DNA of 64,000 nt from a virus. This document shows positions 29,244 through 37,916 of the stretch, piece after piece (the first letter of the stretch is position 1; each line of letters opens with the position of its first letter). The notes beneath the pieces were generated by a model that saw only the letters and a program-made list of their open reading frames with translations, had not been told where the DNA came from and searched no databases. The translations under genes and the position numbers were made by a program. The stretch spans positions 206,182-270,181 of the IMG/VR virus record IMGVR_UViG_3300024503_000015. One strand, given 5' to 3'.

Positions 29244-29606
29244 TTATACCAGAATGAAAATGATTAAAAGATAACCTAGTTGATGAGCCATTTGATCTAG
29301 GCCTAAATGATTCCAAAATTCCTTAGTAGTAATATCTCTATTACCCCAATTCATTTTAGCCCAGTCTATGTGGTAGTGCATTATAAAATCTAACGCACCC
29401 ATAGCCAGTGCTACATTAAGATTGGCCACAGTTAGCACGACTACGGTTGTACCAAAGCCGTGTTTTAGACTGTGTTTAATGCCACGCCAGTCGAGATAAA
29501 TTCCTTTATGCTTGACCTCTTCGTCACTTTGATTAACAAAGTCAATGTACCAATGCTTAACCTGAAGTAAAGCCAATAGAATGAGTGCAATAGTTAGATA
29601 GTCCAT
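29244..29606 (-). CDS. hypothetical membrane protein
   Basis: 120 aa with several hydrophobic helices. Confidence 0.45.
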   Translation of the reverse strand: MDYLTIALILLALLQVKHWYIDFVNQSDEEVKHKGIYLDWRGIKHSLKHGFGTTVVVLTVANLNVALAMGALDFIMHYHIDWAKMNWGNRDITTKEFWNHLGLDQMAHQLGYLLIIFILV

Positions 29607-29644
29607 GCTTATGATTATACTATCTTATTAATGTAAAGTCAAGT

Positions 29645-29830
29645 TTACTTCTTGGGTTTATCGTTCGATTCGTCCAAATCGTAGTATTCGTTTTTCATTA
29701 TTGCTTCATCAAACTTTTCTGCATCTGTCTTTTTATTTTTTCGAAAAATGTTATCGTAATTATTACGATAGTTGTCAGTGACTCCTTTGGTTTGAATAGA
29801 GTCGCCTGTGATGTCGTTTCTTGCTACCAT
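29645..29830 (-). CDS. small hypothetical protein
   Basis: 61 aa ORF. Confidence 0.3.
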   Translation of the reverse strand: MVARNDITGDSIQTKGVTDNYRNNYDNIFRKNKKTDAEKFDEAIMKNEYYDLDESNDKPKK

Positions 29831-29866
29831 ACCACACTCCTTAAAAGTATAGTTATCTGGAGAAGG

Positions 29867-30325
29867 TCAAGTTCTCCAGATTTCCTTAAAGCCTTCGTCT
29901 TCGGTTGGCATTTCAAAAGTATCAATCATGCTACGCATAACTGAATCTGGAATGTTCTTGCCTGGACGACTGGCTAAACGTCGATCCAATTCTTCCTTTT
30001 TAGGAGTTGGAAATACCACAGCAATATGTTCATAGTTAGGCAACATATTGAACTTACGCTTACGGCTCTTAATCGAAACACTGGTCTGATCCCAGATGAT
30101 ATCTAAATTATTTGCCTTACAAATTTCGACTTGGTTAGCCATCAACTTTACGGCAATAGGCATATATTCATCAAAAACTTCGTTGTAGGTTTTACCCATT
30201 TTTTCAGCGTATTCTTCCACAAACTTATCTGTGCTAACCACAGGAATATCCTTAGCCCAGTCTTGATTCTTAATCCAAGTGCTCTTACCTGCACCTGGCA
30301 CTCCGATTAATTGATAACACTTCAT
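29867..30325 (-). CDS. pseT: polynucleotide 5'-kinase (T4 Pnk kinase domain only)
   Basis: LIGVPGAGKSTW P-loop, DIIWDQTSVSIKSRKR and IPDSVMRSMIDTFEMP align with the T4 Pnkp kinase domain. No HAD phosphatase domain is present. Confidence 0.8.
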   Translation of the reverse strand: MKCYQLIGVPGAGKSTWIKNQDWAKDIPVVSTDKFVEEYAEKMGKTYNEVFDEYMPIAVKLMANQVEICKANNLDIIWDQTSVSIKSRKRKFNMLPNYEHIAVVFPTPKKEELDRRLASRPGKNIPDSVMRSMIDTFEMPTEDEGFKEIWRT

Positions 30326-30582
30326 GGTTGAAAGTTGTCCCTTCCTTTTGTATGCTTACTGATTTCGGCTAAGGTTGCCCTTAGCATTTGAATTTCCATT
30401 GCGGCTTCTTCTAACAAGTTAGCAATCTTGTCGGGCTTACCTTCTGTGACTGCTAACCTGCCAGGAATCTGCCTACGTATCTCTGCTCGTTTATACAAGC
30501 GGAACACTAGGCTTTGCTCTGCTACAGGCAAATGACTTTCATCTTCACATCTCATACTGTCTCCATATAGTTGCGTACCCAA
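30322..30582 (-). CDS. hypothetical protein
   Basis: 86 aa ORF between the kinase and ligase genes. Confidence 0.4.
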   Translation of the reverse strand: MGTQLYGDSMRCEDESHLPVAEQSLVFRLYKRAEIRRQIPGRLAVTEGKPDKIANLLEEAAMEIQMLRATLAEISKHTKGRDNFQP

Positions 30583-31436
30583 GATAAACGAGCTTGCTCG
30601 TCCATAGCAGTATACTCCTCAATGTTAGCACGGATAGCATCCACTAGTGGATAGTATTCTTCGTCTAAATTGTGCTTGATGTCTTTGTTCAAGTCTACTA
30701 ACTTGTCTGTGCGTGGATTGCGAGCAACCCACTTTGAAGTCAAGTAGTAAGGTGACTTGATCTTAGAACCAACGCCGTCCTTAGTATAGAATACAAAACC
30801 TTCGTGCTTAACAGTCTTTACTAGAGCCTTTAACTCGCCTACTGTAGTAGTAAAGATATCCACAGGGAGGCATCCAAGATGCTTGCCCAAAGGTTCTAGC
30901 GTAAACTTTTCGTAGTATAACTTACCGTTCCAGTCTTTGTGACGGAATCCGATAAAGTACAGTCCAGGTTCTTCAGGTATGATGTGTGGGTCAGTTGGAT
31001 GAACGCACTCAAACATAAAAGTAAAATCTGGGGCACATCTTAGTACATCACGGAAGTTATCAGTGATATATTCCTTTGCCATATCGACAAACTCGCCTGA
31101 AGTAGAACCTGTTGTTGAAACTAGGATATCTCCATTGTGCCAAGTCATAGCAACCATAAAGCCGTTAACTTTACGAAGTGCTGTGATCTCAGTATCGTCG
31201 GATAGCACTGGTGCTTCCTTTTCAATACCATAGTTATAGATCTTTGTGAATGGTCGTTGTACTACATTAAACTCAGAGTCTACAATAGTACCTCGACATT
31301 CGGCGATGTATTCGTTCCACAAGTTATCGTAGAACACTTTCTTCTTGTACTTTAGCACATAGATACCATCGCCACATTCTTTCATGTTGACTAGGTTACT
31401 AGTGTTTACATACTCCTTCAATTCATCTTTAAACAT
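30552..31436 (-). CDS. rnlA: RNA ligase, T4 Rnl1 (RnlA) family
   Basis: Start trimmed to MFKDEL. ECRGTIV, LRKVNGFMV (KxNG motif I) and FMFECVHPTD parallel T4 Rnl1 ECRGIMF / TKEDGS / FEFVAPTN. Confidence 0.8.
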   Translation of the reverse strand: MFKDELKEYVNTSNLVNMKECGDGIYVLKYKKKVFYDNLWNEYIAECRGTIVDSEFNVVQRPFTKIYNYGIEKEAPVLSDDTEITALRKVNGFMVAMTWHNGDILVSTTGSTSGEFVDMAKEYITDNFRDVLRCAPDFTFMFECVHPTDPHIIPEEPGLYFIGFRHKDWNGKLYYEKFTLEPLGKHLGCLPVDIFTTTVGELKALVKTVKHEGFVFYTKDGVGSKIKSPYYLTSKWVARNPRTDKLVDLNKDIKHNLDEEYYPLVDAIRANIEEYTAMDEQARLSWVRNYMETV

Positions 31437-31977
31437 GATGACCCTTAATTTCGTTGTTTTTAATTCTGCCAATCGCATATTCCATTGACACAACAATCTC
31501 ACCGGTTGAATCCATACCTACATCGAATGCACGATACTTTTCTAATCCACTAACACCTCCGTGTAAGTGACCATGAAAATGTAATGCTCCTCTGTGCATT
31601 TGATCCCACTCAGCAATCGGATAGTGAAACATGACAATCTTGTGACCATCATATGTAATATCCAAATACTCGTGTACTTCTGCAAACGCACCACGGAACG
31701 TTTCGTCCATCAATGTCTTACGGTCATGATTTCCTCTAATTAAAATCTTTGTGCCATTCAAACGCTTTACCATTCTACCAGCATCACTACCTGACATGAA
31801 CGCTACATCGCCTAAGATGTAGACTGTGTCTTCAGGTTTGACTTTATGGTTCCATTCTTCGGCCATGGCGTTGTTCATATATGCAACGTCGTCTTTAAAT
31901 CGTGCTCTCGTCACTGGACAGAACTTCATGATGTTCTTATGTCCAAAGTGTAAGTCGCTTGTAATCCATGTTTTCAT
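31429..31977 (-). CDS. calcineurin-like metallophosphoesterase (candidate RNA 2',3'-end healing phosphatase)
   Basis: Start trimmed to MKTWITSDLHFGH. GDVAF, GNHD and GHLHGG motifs. Overlaps the rnlA start by 8 nt. Confidence 0.7.
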   Translation of the reverse strand: MKTWITSDLHFGHKNIMKFCPVTRARFKDDVAYMNNAMAEEWNHKVKPEDTVYILGDVAFMSGSDAGRMVKRLNGTKILIRGNHDRKTLMDETFRGAFAEVHEYLDITYDGHKIVMFHYPIAEWDQMHRGALHFHGHLHGGVSGLEKYRAFDVGMDSTGEIVVSMEYAIGRIKNNEIKGHHV

Positions 31978-32057
31978 TTTTTCGCTCTTCTTTCTTGTTA
32001 TATTATACAGCCAAAAGAACGCCCTGTCAACTCTCGAAGACAGGGCAAATGTTGTTT

Positions 32058-32525
32058 TTATACAACGGGCTTGTATGTGCGCCAATCGTCGATGTTGGGC
32101 TTTTCGTCCGCATCGTAGGTCCAACCCAAGGCTCGCATCATTCTGTGCTTAACGAGCAGATTAGGGCTTCTAAACCGCCCTGTATCCTGAAAGCCCAGCA
32201 TTACGCCTACTTCGCATACAGCACCGCTACGACAAATTCCAGCAAAACAATGAACAACAACGTTCATTTTGTTATCCAAAGCGTGTTGTAAAAGAGCCAC
32301 AAGTTGATTGGCTTGTTCTTGACTACACTTCATTGCTTCGTCGTCTACGTGGTCGTTTTCCTCCACGTCCAAAAATTCAAAGTTATGAATTTCCTTGAAC
32401 TTATGGGCAGGAGTAGGACGCCAGCTCGCCGGGTCAACGATACTAATCAGCATACTATTTTCGCCTGCTTCGTGATGAAATCTTTTTGGGATATCATCGG
32501 CGGCTACATTTTCAATCCAAGGCAT
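32058..32525 (-). CDS. Cys-based protein-tyrosine / dual-specificity phosphatase
   Basis: HCFAGICRSG CX5R P-loop. Confidence 0.7.
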   Translation of the reverse strand: MPWIENVAADDIPKRFHHEAGENSMLISIVDPASWRPTPAHKFKEIHNFEFLDVEENDHVDDEAMKCSQEQANQLVALLQHALDNKMNVVVHCFAGICRSGAVCEVGVMLGFQDTGRFRSPNLLVKHRMMRALGWTYDADEKPNIDDWRTYKPVV

Positions 32526-32534
32526 AATGCCTCC

Positions 32535-32903
32535 TTATTTTTTCATTGCTTCCATCATTCCGAAAAGTTCAGCCCATTGTTCACTAGGCTTTTGACCTTC
32601 GTTAAGATTCATAATAGCAAGAAAATCCTTGTAGTTTTCTGGAACCTTGAAATAGATGTTAGCATAAGTGCAGTCAAATGAGTCGTCCTCATCATGACTG
32701 TACCAAGGATGTTCTGACATTTCATCAAAAACATCTTCGTAGTCTTCACGGTTACCACCACCATTACGTGTATGAACAACAATGTAACCTTCATCCATAT
32801 AGACATTACGGAAACGACCAAAGTCGCTTGCAGTTTTGCCTAGAATTTCAAGTAACTTTCCGCTATCGGGATTCATGCCAAATATCATGTTGTACATTGA
32901 CAT
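32535..32903 (-). CDS. hypothetical protein
   Basis: 122 aa ORF. Confidence 0.45.
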   Translation of the reverse strand: MSMYNMIFGMNPDSGKLLEILGKTASDFGRFRNVYMDEGYIVVHTRNGGGNREDYEDVFDEMSEHPWYSHDEDDSFDCTYANIYFKVPENYKDFLAIMNLNEGQKPSEQWAELFGMMEAMKK

Positions 32904-32905
32904 AA

Positions 32906-33277
32906 TTACTCCTTTACAAAATCAACTCTTTCACTGTAATAGCCATTCGATTGACCTAGCCAACGAATGTCCACATAACCCTTGCGAGTTGCAAACTTGT
33001 AGAAAGTCCATGTGTAAGACTCGTATGCTTCGAAGTCGGCTGGGCTTTCGCCATCAACTTCTTCTGCTATTAGAATCTCTGAACCTACTAAGTCCTGCAA
33101 ATCGCCGACTATGCTTTCTATGCTTACGCTTTCGCAACAGTCTTGCTCGTGATACATACGATAGCGTTCGCCATCTGTGGTTTCAAAAACGATCTCGTCG
33201 CCACTCTCGTTGATGTTGGACAAAGTCTTGCCCTTCAACACATCAACGTTACAATATTCTCTGTCCCAATATCCCAT
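32906..33277 (-). CDS. hypothetical protein
   Basis: 123 aa ORF. Confidence 0.45.
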   Translation of the reverse strand: MGYWDREYCNVDVLKGKTLSNINESGDEIVFETTDGERYRMYHEQDCCESVSIESIVGDLQDLVGSEILIAEEVDGESPADFEAYESYTWTFYKFATRKGYVDIRWLGQSNGYYSERVDFVKE

Positions 33278-33286
33278 GATATCTCC

Positions 33287-33505
33287 TTACTGCTTTCGCC
33301 GTTTCATCCAGGTGTAATCTACACCGTCTGGACACTTTCCATCTACAATGCTGTCAGCACCAAACATGCCAACAATTTCGTATTCGCTACTTTTGATAGT
33401 TACAAATACTGCCAATGTTTTTGCCCAATCCATTGCTGGGCCAAGATTATCAAAATCTCGTTCGTAAACATTCTTGTTTACATCTTTCCATATTACTTTA
33501 TACAT
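33287..33505 (-). CDS. hypothetical protein
   Basis: 72 aa ORF. Confidence 0.4.
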   Translation of the reverse strand: MYKVIWKDVNKNVYERDFDNLGPAMDWAKTLAVFVTIKSSEYEIVGMFGADSIVDGKCPDGVDYTWMKRRKQ

Positions 33506-33541
33506 TCAATTATTATATCTTCACTTCAATATTTTGTCAAT

Positions 33542-33616
33542 TGGTCCCGCTACTACGAATCGAACGTAGACTTACTCTTTAGGAGAGAGTCGTTCTATCC
33601 ATTGAACTATAGCGAG
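33542..33616 (-). tRNA. tRNA-Arg (anticodon CCT)
   Basis: Hand-folded cloverleaf. Acceptor CTCGCTA/TAGCGGG, T-arm CTACG-TTCGATT-CGTAG, anticodon loop CTCCTAA, encoded CCA. Confidence 0.6.
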
Positions 33617-33626
33617 GGAGGGAATT

Positions 33627-33734
33627 TGGTGTGACCGGGAGGGTTCGAACCTCCAAGGACGGCATATCGCCTAGTCCCGACCCACGGAGTGTTTCACAAC
33701 AGTCCTGGAGCTCTGCCTATTCGCTCACGGTCAC
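33627..33734 (-). tRNA. atypical 108 nt tRNA-like gene with ~50 nt structured insert in the anticodon/variable region
   Basis: Perfect acceptor GTGACCG/CGGTCAC, D-arm, T-arm GGAGG-TTCGAAC-CCTCC and CCA. Middle has AGGAC...GTCCT enclosing GNRA-capped hairpins. No canonical anticodon loop. Confidence 0.35.
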
Positions 33735-33765
33735 ATACTAAGTATATAACCTTTTCAGCAGTTTG

Positions 33766-34221
33766 TCAACGGGTTATGAGGTATTCGTAGTTCACTGTGT
33801 TGTCGTTTTCTTGCAACACACAGGCACCATTTCTGATATGGAACTTGTAGGCCATTTCAGTTTTTGGGCTAAGTGTTACAAAACGATTAACAGTTGGGAA
33901 AAGTTCTTTTATTTGATCCACTACACCAAAAAGTAGCTCTGCGGCCGCACCCGGCGCATAACTCCAAATTGTATAGAAGATTGCTGTAGTTGGTTCTGTG
34001 GGTGTTTTAGCCAAATCTTCAACAGTTGTTGGCACAAAATCGTGCAGACTAACACAGACCATTGCACGTGGTTTTTCGCCTTCTACAGTGGTGGCGACAA
34101 ATCTGCTACCGCTAACACGAAATTCTTTGGGAATTTCTGGACGTACTGGATCATCCTTGATATAGTCAAGTAATGGATTAGTAGTTTCTCTGATTAATGT
34201 TAGCATATAACTATTTAGCAT
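33766..34221 (-). CDS. hypothetical protein embedded in tRNA array
   Basis: 151 aa ORF between tRNA genes. Confidence 0.45.
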   Translation of the reverse strand: MLNSYMLTLIRETTNPLLDYIKDDPVRPEIPKEFRVSGSRFVATTVEGEKPRAMVCVSLHDFVPTTVEDLAKTPTEPTTAIFYTIWSYAPGAAAELLFGVVDQIKELFPTVNRFVTLSPKTEMAYKFHIRNGACVLQENDNTVNYEYLITR

Positions 34222-34244
34222 TTAGTGGGCAGATTATGGTGTTA

Positions 34245-34319
34245 TGGTGGTAACGGTGAGATTCGAACTCACACCTTGCTCCGTATGAAGGAGGTGCACG
34301 ACCATTATGCTACGTTACC
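34245..34319 (-). tRNA. tRNA-Met (anticodon CAT; Met or lysidine-Ile not distinguishable)
   Basis: Acceptor GGTAACG/CGTTACC, T-arm GTGAG-TTCGAAT-CTCAC, anticodon loop TTCATAC, CCA. Confidence 0.6.
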
Positions 34320-34858
34320 AGATTATTAGTAAGATGTCCCGAGAGTTTTGGTTTGGGTAAGGCCATCCGACGGTGCGATTCGTCCCTCTCTTTGTCTAGC
34401 CCAACATGAAGTTCTTGTAGTCTCAATCCGCTCACCTTGCACCGGCGCTTGATACATATACTCTACAGCATTAAAGTTTATAACTTCAATTAACAAAAAC
34501 TTCCGATCTTTGTTAACTCCTTGCGGATGCTTTTAGAACCTTAACTACTTACTAATAAAAGGGGTGGAGAGAGAAAGGCAAGTAATAGACTGGACAATGT
34601 ACAAGCGGGCTCTATAAAGATACCCTTAACAAGTCACAAGGCGCAAAGCACAGGGACCTGTATATTTCCAGTTAGCAACTCACAAAGTCGATTAATATAT
34701 AGAACTGGTTCACACAAGCACGAAACGTTTTCAAGACGTTTTGCCAGTAGTTGATGTTCGGTCTCTATAAGAGATCAAACCTTAGGCATGTAGCCTAAGT
34801 CTGTCTATCCTAATCTCCTTCTCTACTCCAGGCTCGGGCTTTCGCCTTTGCCAAAACT

Positions 34859-34932
34859 TGGTTGCGGGACCTGGAATCGAACCAGGATCTAGAGCTTATG
34901 AGACTCTTGAGTTACCGTTTCTCTATCCCGCG
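34859..34932 (-). tRNA. tRNA-Met (anticodon CAT) with C1-A72 mismatch, initiator-like
   Basis: Acceptor CGCGGGA/TCCCGCA with an unpaired 1-72, anticodon stem-loop AGAGT-CTCATAA-GCTCT, T-arm CCTGG-TTCGATT-CCAGG, CCA. Confidence 0.55.
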
Positions 34933-35269
34933 ATAACTTTATAGGTGCTCTCTGTTCGACTCGAACGAAACCTGCTGAGCTCCTTATCTTCCTGGCACTT
35001 TCGGTGGGTAGTCGACTTAGCACCTAACTCGTGTTATCCAGTGTAGTTCAGCTCAGAGAGCATTTATAAAGTGTCTAGCCACTCCCACCACAGGAGCCCT
35101 AAACCGAGCTGTTACTCTGTCCACTAGCCTTTCCATTTAGACGGTGCTGAGGTCCGCCTTTGTGATTTCTCAAGTCGCTTTAAACAAGCCTTGCGGTAGA
35201 TCCAATGCACCGAGCCATTAAGGTGTAGCAATTACCTAACTCTATCACGCTGAGTTAACGCGGGGTCTG

Positions 35270-35842
35270 TTACAGTAAACCTTCTGCTTGCAGAACTGCT
35301 TCTGTTTTGTCAGACAATTGGATAGTTGTCTGAACATTTAACTCTAGGATTTCATCCTGAAGTTTTTGTTTCTGCTTTTTAGCAGTTGCCACTCTACGAC
35401 GGAATCCGTCTAGATCTTCACGAGTGAGCACACTAGTGTCTACTGTGTCGTTGTAGCCATAGATGCTACGACGGTTTTCGCTTTTGTCGTTACGGATCTT
35501 GTCCAAACGACCTGCTACAACCTTTGCGCTTTCGCGAACGGTCTTACTAGCCAATCCGTTGTAGAATTGGATTTGTTTTTCTAGATGTGCAACATCGGCC
35601 AATCTAGTGTCGATTCTAACTTCTGTGTTAGCACCGCTGACACTTTTACGAATCTCGTAAAGTGCTTCCACTAACGCATCTCTGCGTGTAAGGTTGTCGC
35701 AGAGTGTTCCTGCAACTTTGGAAATTTCTTGTTCCGCTTCTTGGAACTCGTTGATTTTTACTGTGGTCTCAAACTGGAAACCTTTGACGGTATCGTTGAT
35801 ACTGTTCTGAAGTGCATTTGCCTTACGTAGGGAGATATTCAT
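35270..35842 (-). CDS. hypothetical coiled-coil protein
   Basis: Trimmed to ATG 35842 so it does not overlap tRNA-Gly. Confidence 0.45.
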   Translation of the reverse strand: MNISLRKANALQNSINDTVKGFQFETTVKINEFQEAEQEISKVAGTLCDNLTRRDALVEALYEIRKSVSGANTEVRIDTRLADVAHLEKQIQFYNGLASKTVRESAKVVAGRLDKIRNDKSENRRSIYGYNDTVDTSVLTREDLDGFRRRVATAKKQKQKLQDEILELNVQTTIQLSDKTEAVLQAEGLL

Positions 35843-35908
35843 TTGTTTTTCCTTTAATGTTTCTATTATACAATCTTTTAAATCTAAATCAATGCCTTTT
35901 GGCAAAAC

Positions 35909-35984
35909 TGGAGCGGGAGACGAGGTTCGAACTCGCGACATTTACCTTGGCAAGGTAATGCTCTACCAACTGAGCTACTCCCGC
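35909..35984 (-). tRNA. tRNA-Gly (GCC)
   Basis: GCGGGAG/CTCCCGC, D-arm GCTCAGTTGGTAGAGC, anticodon TTACC-TTGCCAA-GGTAA, CCA. Confidence 0.7.
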
Positions 35985-36032
35985 ATATGAAGAACCTAAG
36001 GCAAAGTTTATAACTTATCCAAAGGCCATATA

Positions 36033-36108
36033 TGGTACACGGTACGGGAATCGAACCCGTCTTACTGACGTGAAAGGCCAGTGTCCTAAACCGATAGACG
36101 AACCGTGC
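36033..36108 (-). tRNA. tRNA-Glu (TTC)
   Basis: Acceptor GCACGGT/ACCGTGT, anticodon loop CTTTCAC, T-arm ACGGG-TTCGATT-CCCGT, CCA. Confidence 0.65.
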
Positions 36109-36114
36109 ATTACT

Positions 36115-36190
36115 TGGCTCCCCAGGGTGGGATCGAACCACCGACACCCTGATTAACAGTCAGGTGCTACTACCGCTGAGCTACTAGGGA
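36115..36190 (-). tRNA. tRNA-Asn (GTT)
   Basis: TCCCTAG/CTGGGGA, anticodon loop CTGTTAA, T-arm GGTGG-TTCGATC-CCACC, CCA. Confidence 0.7.
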
Positions 36191-36197
36191 ATAAACT

Positions 36198-36272
36198 TGG
36201 TACCTGGTGACAGTTTCGAACTGCCGACCCTCTCGGTGTAAACGAGACGCTCTACCACTGAGCTAACCAGGC
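36198..36272 (-). tRNA. tRNA-Val (TAC)
   Basis: GCCTGGT/ACCAGGT, anticodon loop TTTACAC, CCA. Confidence 0.7.
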
Positions 36273-36282
36273 AAACTAACAT

Positions 36283-36359
<77 letters not shown>

Positions 36360-36364
36360 AATGA

Positions 36365-36440
36365 TGGAGCGGGAGGCGAGAGTTGAACTCGTCTATTTCA
36401 GTTTGGAAGACTGACGTGTAACCACAAACACTTCACCCGC
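36365..36440 (-). tRNA. tRNA-Gly (TCC)
   Basis: GCGGGTG/CTCCCGC (one mismatch), anticodon TCAGT-CTTCCAA-ACTGA, CCA. Confidence 0.6.
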
Positions 36441-36446
36441 ATATTT

Positions 36447-36530
36447 TGGTGCCCCAGGAGAGACTCGAACTCTCACGGCTCTCGCCACTGGCTTCTAAGA
36501 CCAGCGTGTCTACCATTCCACCACCAGGGC
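36447..36530 (-). tRNA. tRNA-Leu (TAG), type II
   Basis: Anticodon loop CTTAGAA, 13 nt variable arm, T-arm GAGAG-TTCGAGT-CTCTC, CCA. Confidence 0.65.
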
Positions 36531-36531
36531 A

Positions 36532-37335
36532 TTAACTGACAATACTATTTAAGTATTCCTGAATTGTCGTTGCAATTTTTTCTTGCACAGACAATTTAAT
36601 TTTTGCATTCTCACCATTAGCACTCATATACTGTTTTCCGTATTCAGTACAATCTATACCAGTGTGCATAAACTCTTTAAAAATTTCTGAGTTGTCAGGA
36701 TTAGGATCTCCAAACCTAACAGTCGTCCATTTAATATTTTGAGAATCTAAAAACTTAATTAACATATTGTAACCATTTCTATGTCTACGAATATGCCAAT
36801 CTTTGCTTTGACTTTTTTGAAAAGCAATACCGTTTAATCGCTTTTTATGAACTTCAATTGGATATCTATCTGGATTCCATTCTCCGTCTACATAATTTTC
36901 ACGTTCAAATACATATCGTTGATTGTTATATTTGAAACTGTGTGCTATATGACTAAACGTGTAATCTGTAACTAATACATGATCCGGTTTAGGATTCTCT
37001 GCTAGGTACTGTTTTAATCTTTTGTGATGACCTATAAAATGTCCACCGTTAATAGATATATTAACTACATTGGAAACATTTAAGAAATTAGGCCATGCGG
37101 CTTTTTGTTCTTCTTCCCATAGATAATGCCAAACAACATTTTCCATATTGCCATTGGGCATAGGTGTTGTAACATTGTTTTCTTTTCTATGTTTTAGATA
37201 CCATTTAAAAACACTTCTAAAATCATTATGGAAACGTAGACTCCAAGTCCTCGGAGCATCGTCGTTGACTATGTCACCAGCCAAACAATTATTGCCATTA
37301 CTTTGGCAATCTCCTAAAATTAAAAGTGTTTTCAT
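36532..37335 (-). CDS. hypothetical protein embedded in tRNA array
   Basis: 267 aa ORF. LLILGDCQSNG N-terminus, possibly SGNH-like. Confidence 0.5.
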   Translation of the reverse strand: MKTLLILGDCQSNGNNCLAGDIVNDDAPRTWSLRFHNDFRSVFKWYLKHRKENNVTTPMPNGNMENVVWHYLWEEEQKAAWPNFLNVSNVVNISINGGHFIGHHKRLKQYLAENPKPDHVLVTDYTFSHIAHSFKYNNQRYVFERENYVDGEWNPDRYPIEVHKKRLNGIAFQKSQSKDWHIRRHRNGYNMLIKFLDSQNIKWTTVRFGDPNPDNSEIFKEFMHTGIDCTEYGKQYMSANGENAKIKLSVQEKIATTIQEYLNSIVS

Positions 37336-37349
37336 ATTAATAGTTATCT

Positions 37350-37426
37350 TGGCGCACCGTAGGGGACTTGAACCCCTGGCCTCCGACGTGACAGGCCGGC
37401 GCTCTGACCAACTGAGCTAACGGTGC
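37350..37426 (-). tRNA. tRNA-Asp (GTC)
   Basis: GCACCGT/ACGGTGC, anticodon CCGGC-CTGTCAC-GTCGG, T-arm AGGGG-TTCAAGT-CCCCT, CCA. Confidence 0.7.
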
Positions 37427-37564
37427 AAATTCTATTCTGAAACACACTAACCAACTACCAGAAGCATTTATAATGCCGTTATTCGGTTCGAGCTAATGTG
37501 TTTTAGAATAGTGCTAACGCTGAGATTATACGTTAGCCAATAGTGCCTCTAGCATTATAGTCAG

Positions 37565-37798
37565 CCTTGCGAGCCAACCTTCTCTAGACATCCACATAAG
37601 CCATTACTGTACCTATGTCCACTATCAGCATCGCCGTTTTTAAAGACAGGCAGTAGTCTTGTCGCCATATGCTATTCTACGCTATCTACTCCGTTGACCT
37701 TGCGAGCCATTCAGCGGCGCTAACCACTTACGAAACTTCCAGCATAAACAGATTTCACCTTGCGAGCTACGTCTGACTCGATTACCTTGCGGCTCGAG
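37565..37798. repeat. four dispersed copies of CCTTGCGAGC(C) motif in an ORF-free spacer
   Basis: Copies at 37565, 37698, 37758 and 37785. Related CCTTGCGG copies at 34521, 35180 and 38183. Confidence 0.5.
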
Positions 37799-37844
37799 TA
37801 TTAGATGCTTTTCACATATGACCGAGGCAGTCTTTGCATTTTAT

Positions 37845-37916
37845 AATCGATAGTTGGGATCGAACCAACAGTCCATTGCTTAAGAGGCAATTGCGTTACC
37901 ATTACGCTATATCAAA
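37845..37916 (-). tRNA. tRNA-Lys (CTT)
   Basis: Anticodon ATTGC-CTCTTAA-GCAAT, T-arm GTTGG-TTCGATC-CCAAC. No encoded CCA. First acceptor pair weak. Confidence 0.55.

Noticed and set aside
33640-33660. GGGTTCGAACC T-arm read as a plus-strand tRNA
   Set aside because: The motif is its own reverse complement. Context (acceptor strand, CCA and D-arm) fits only the minus orientation.
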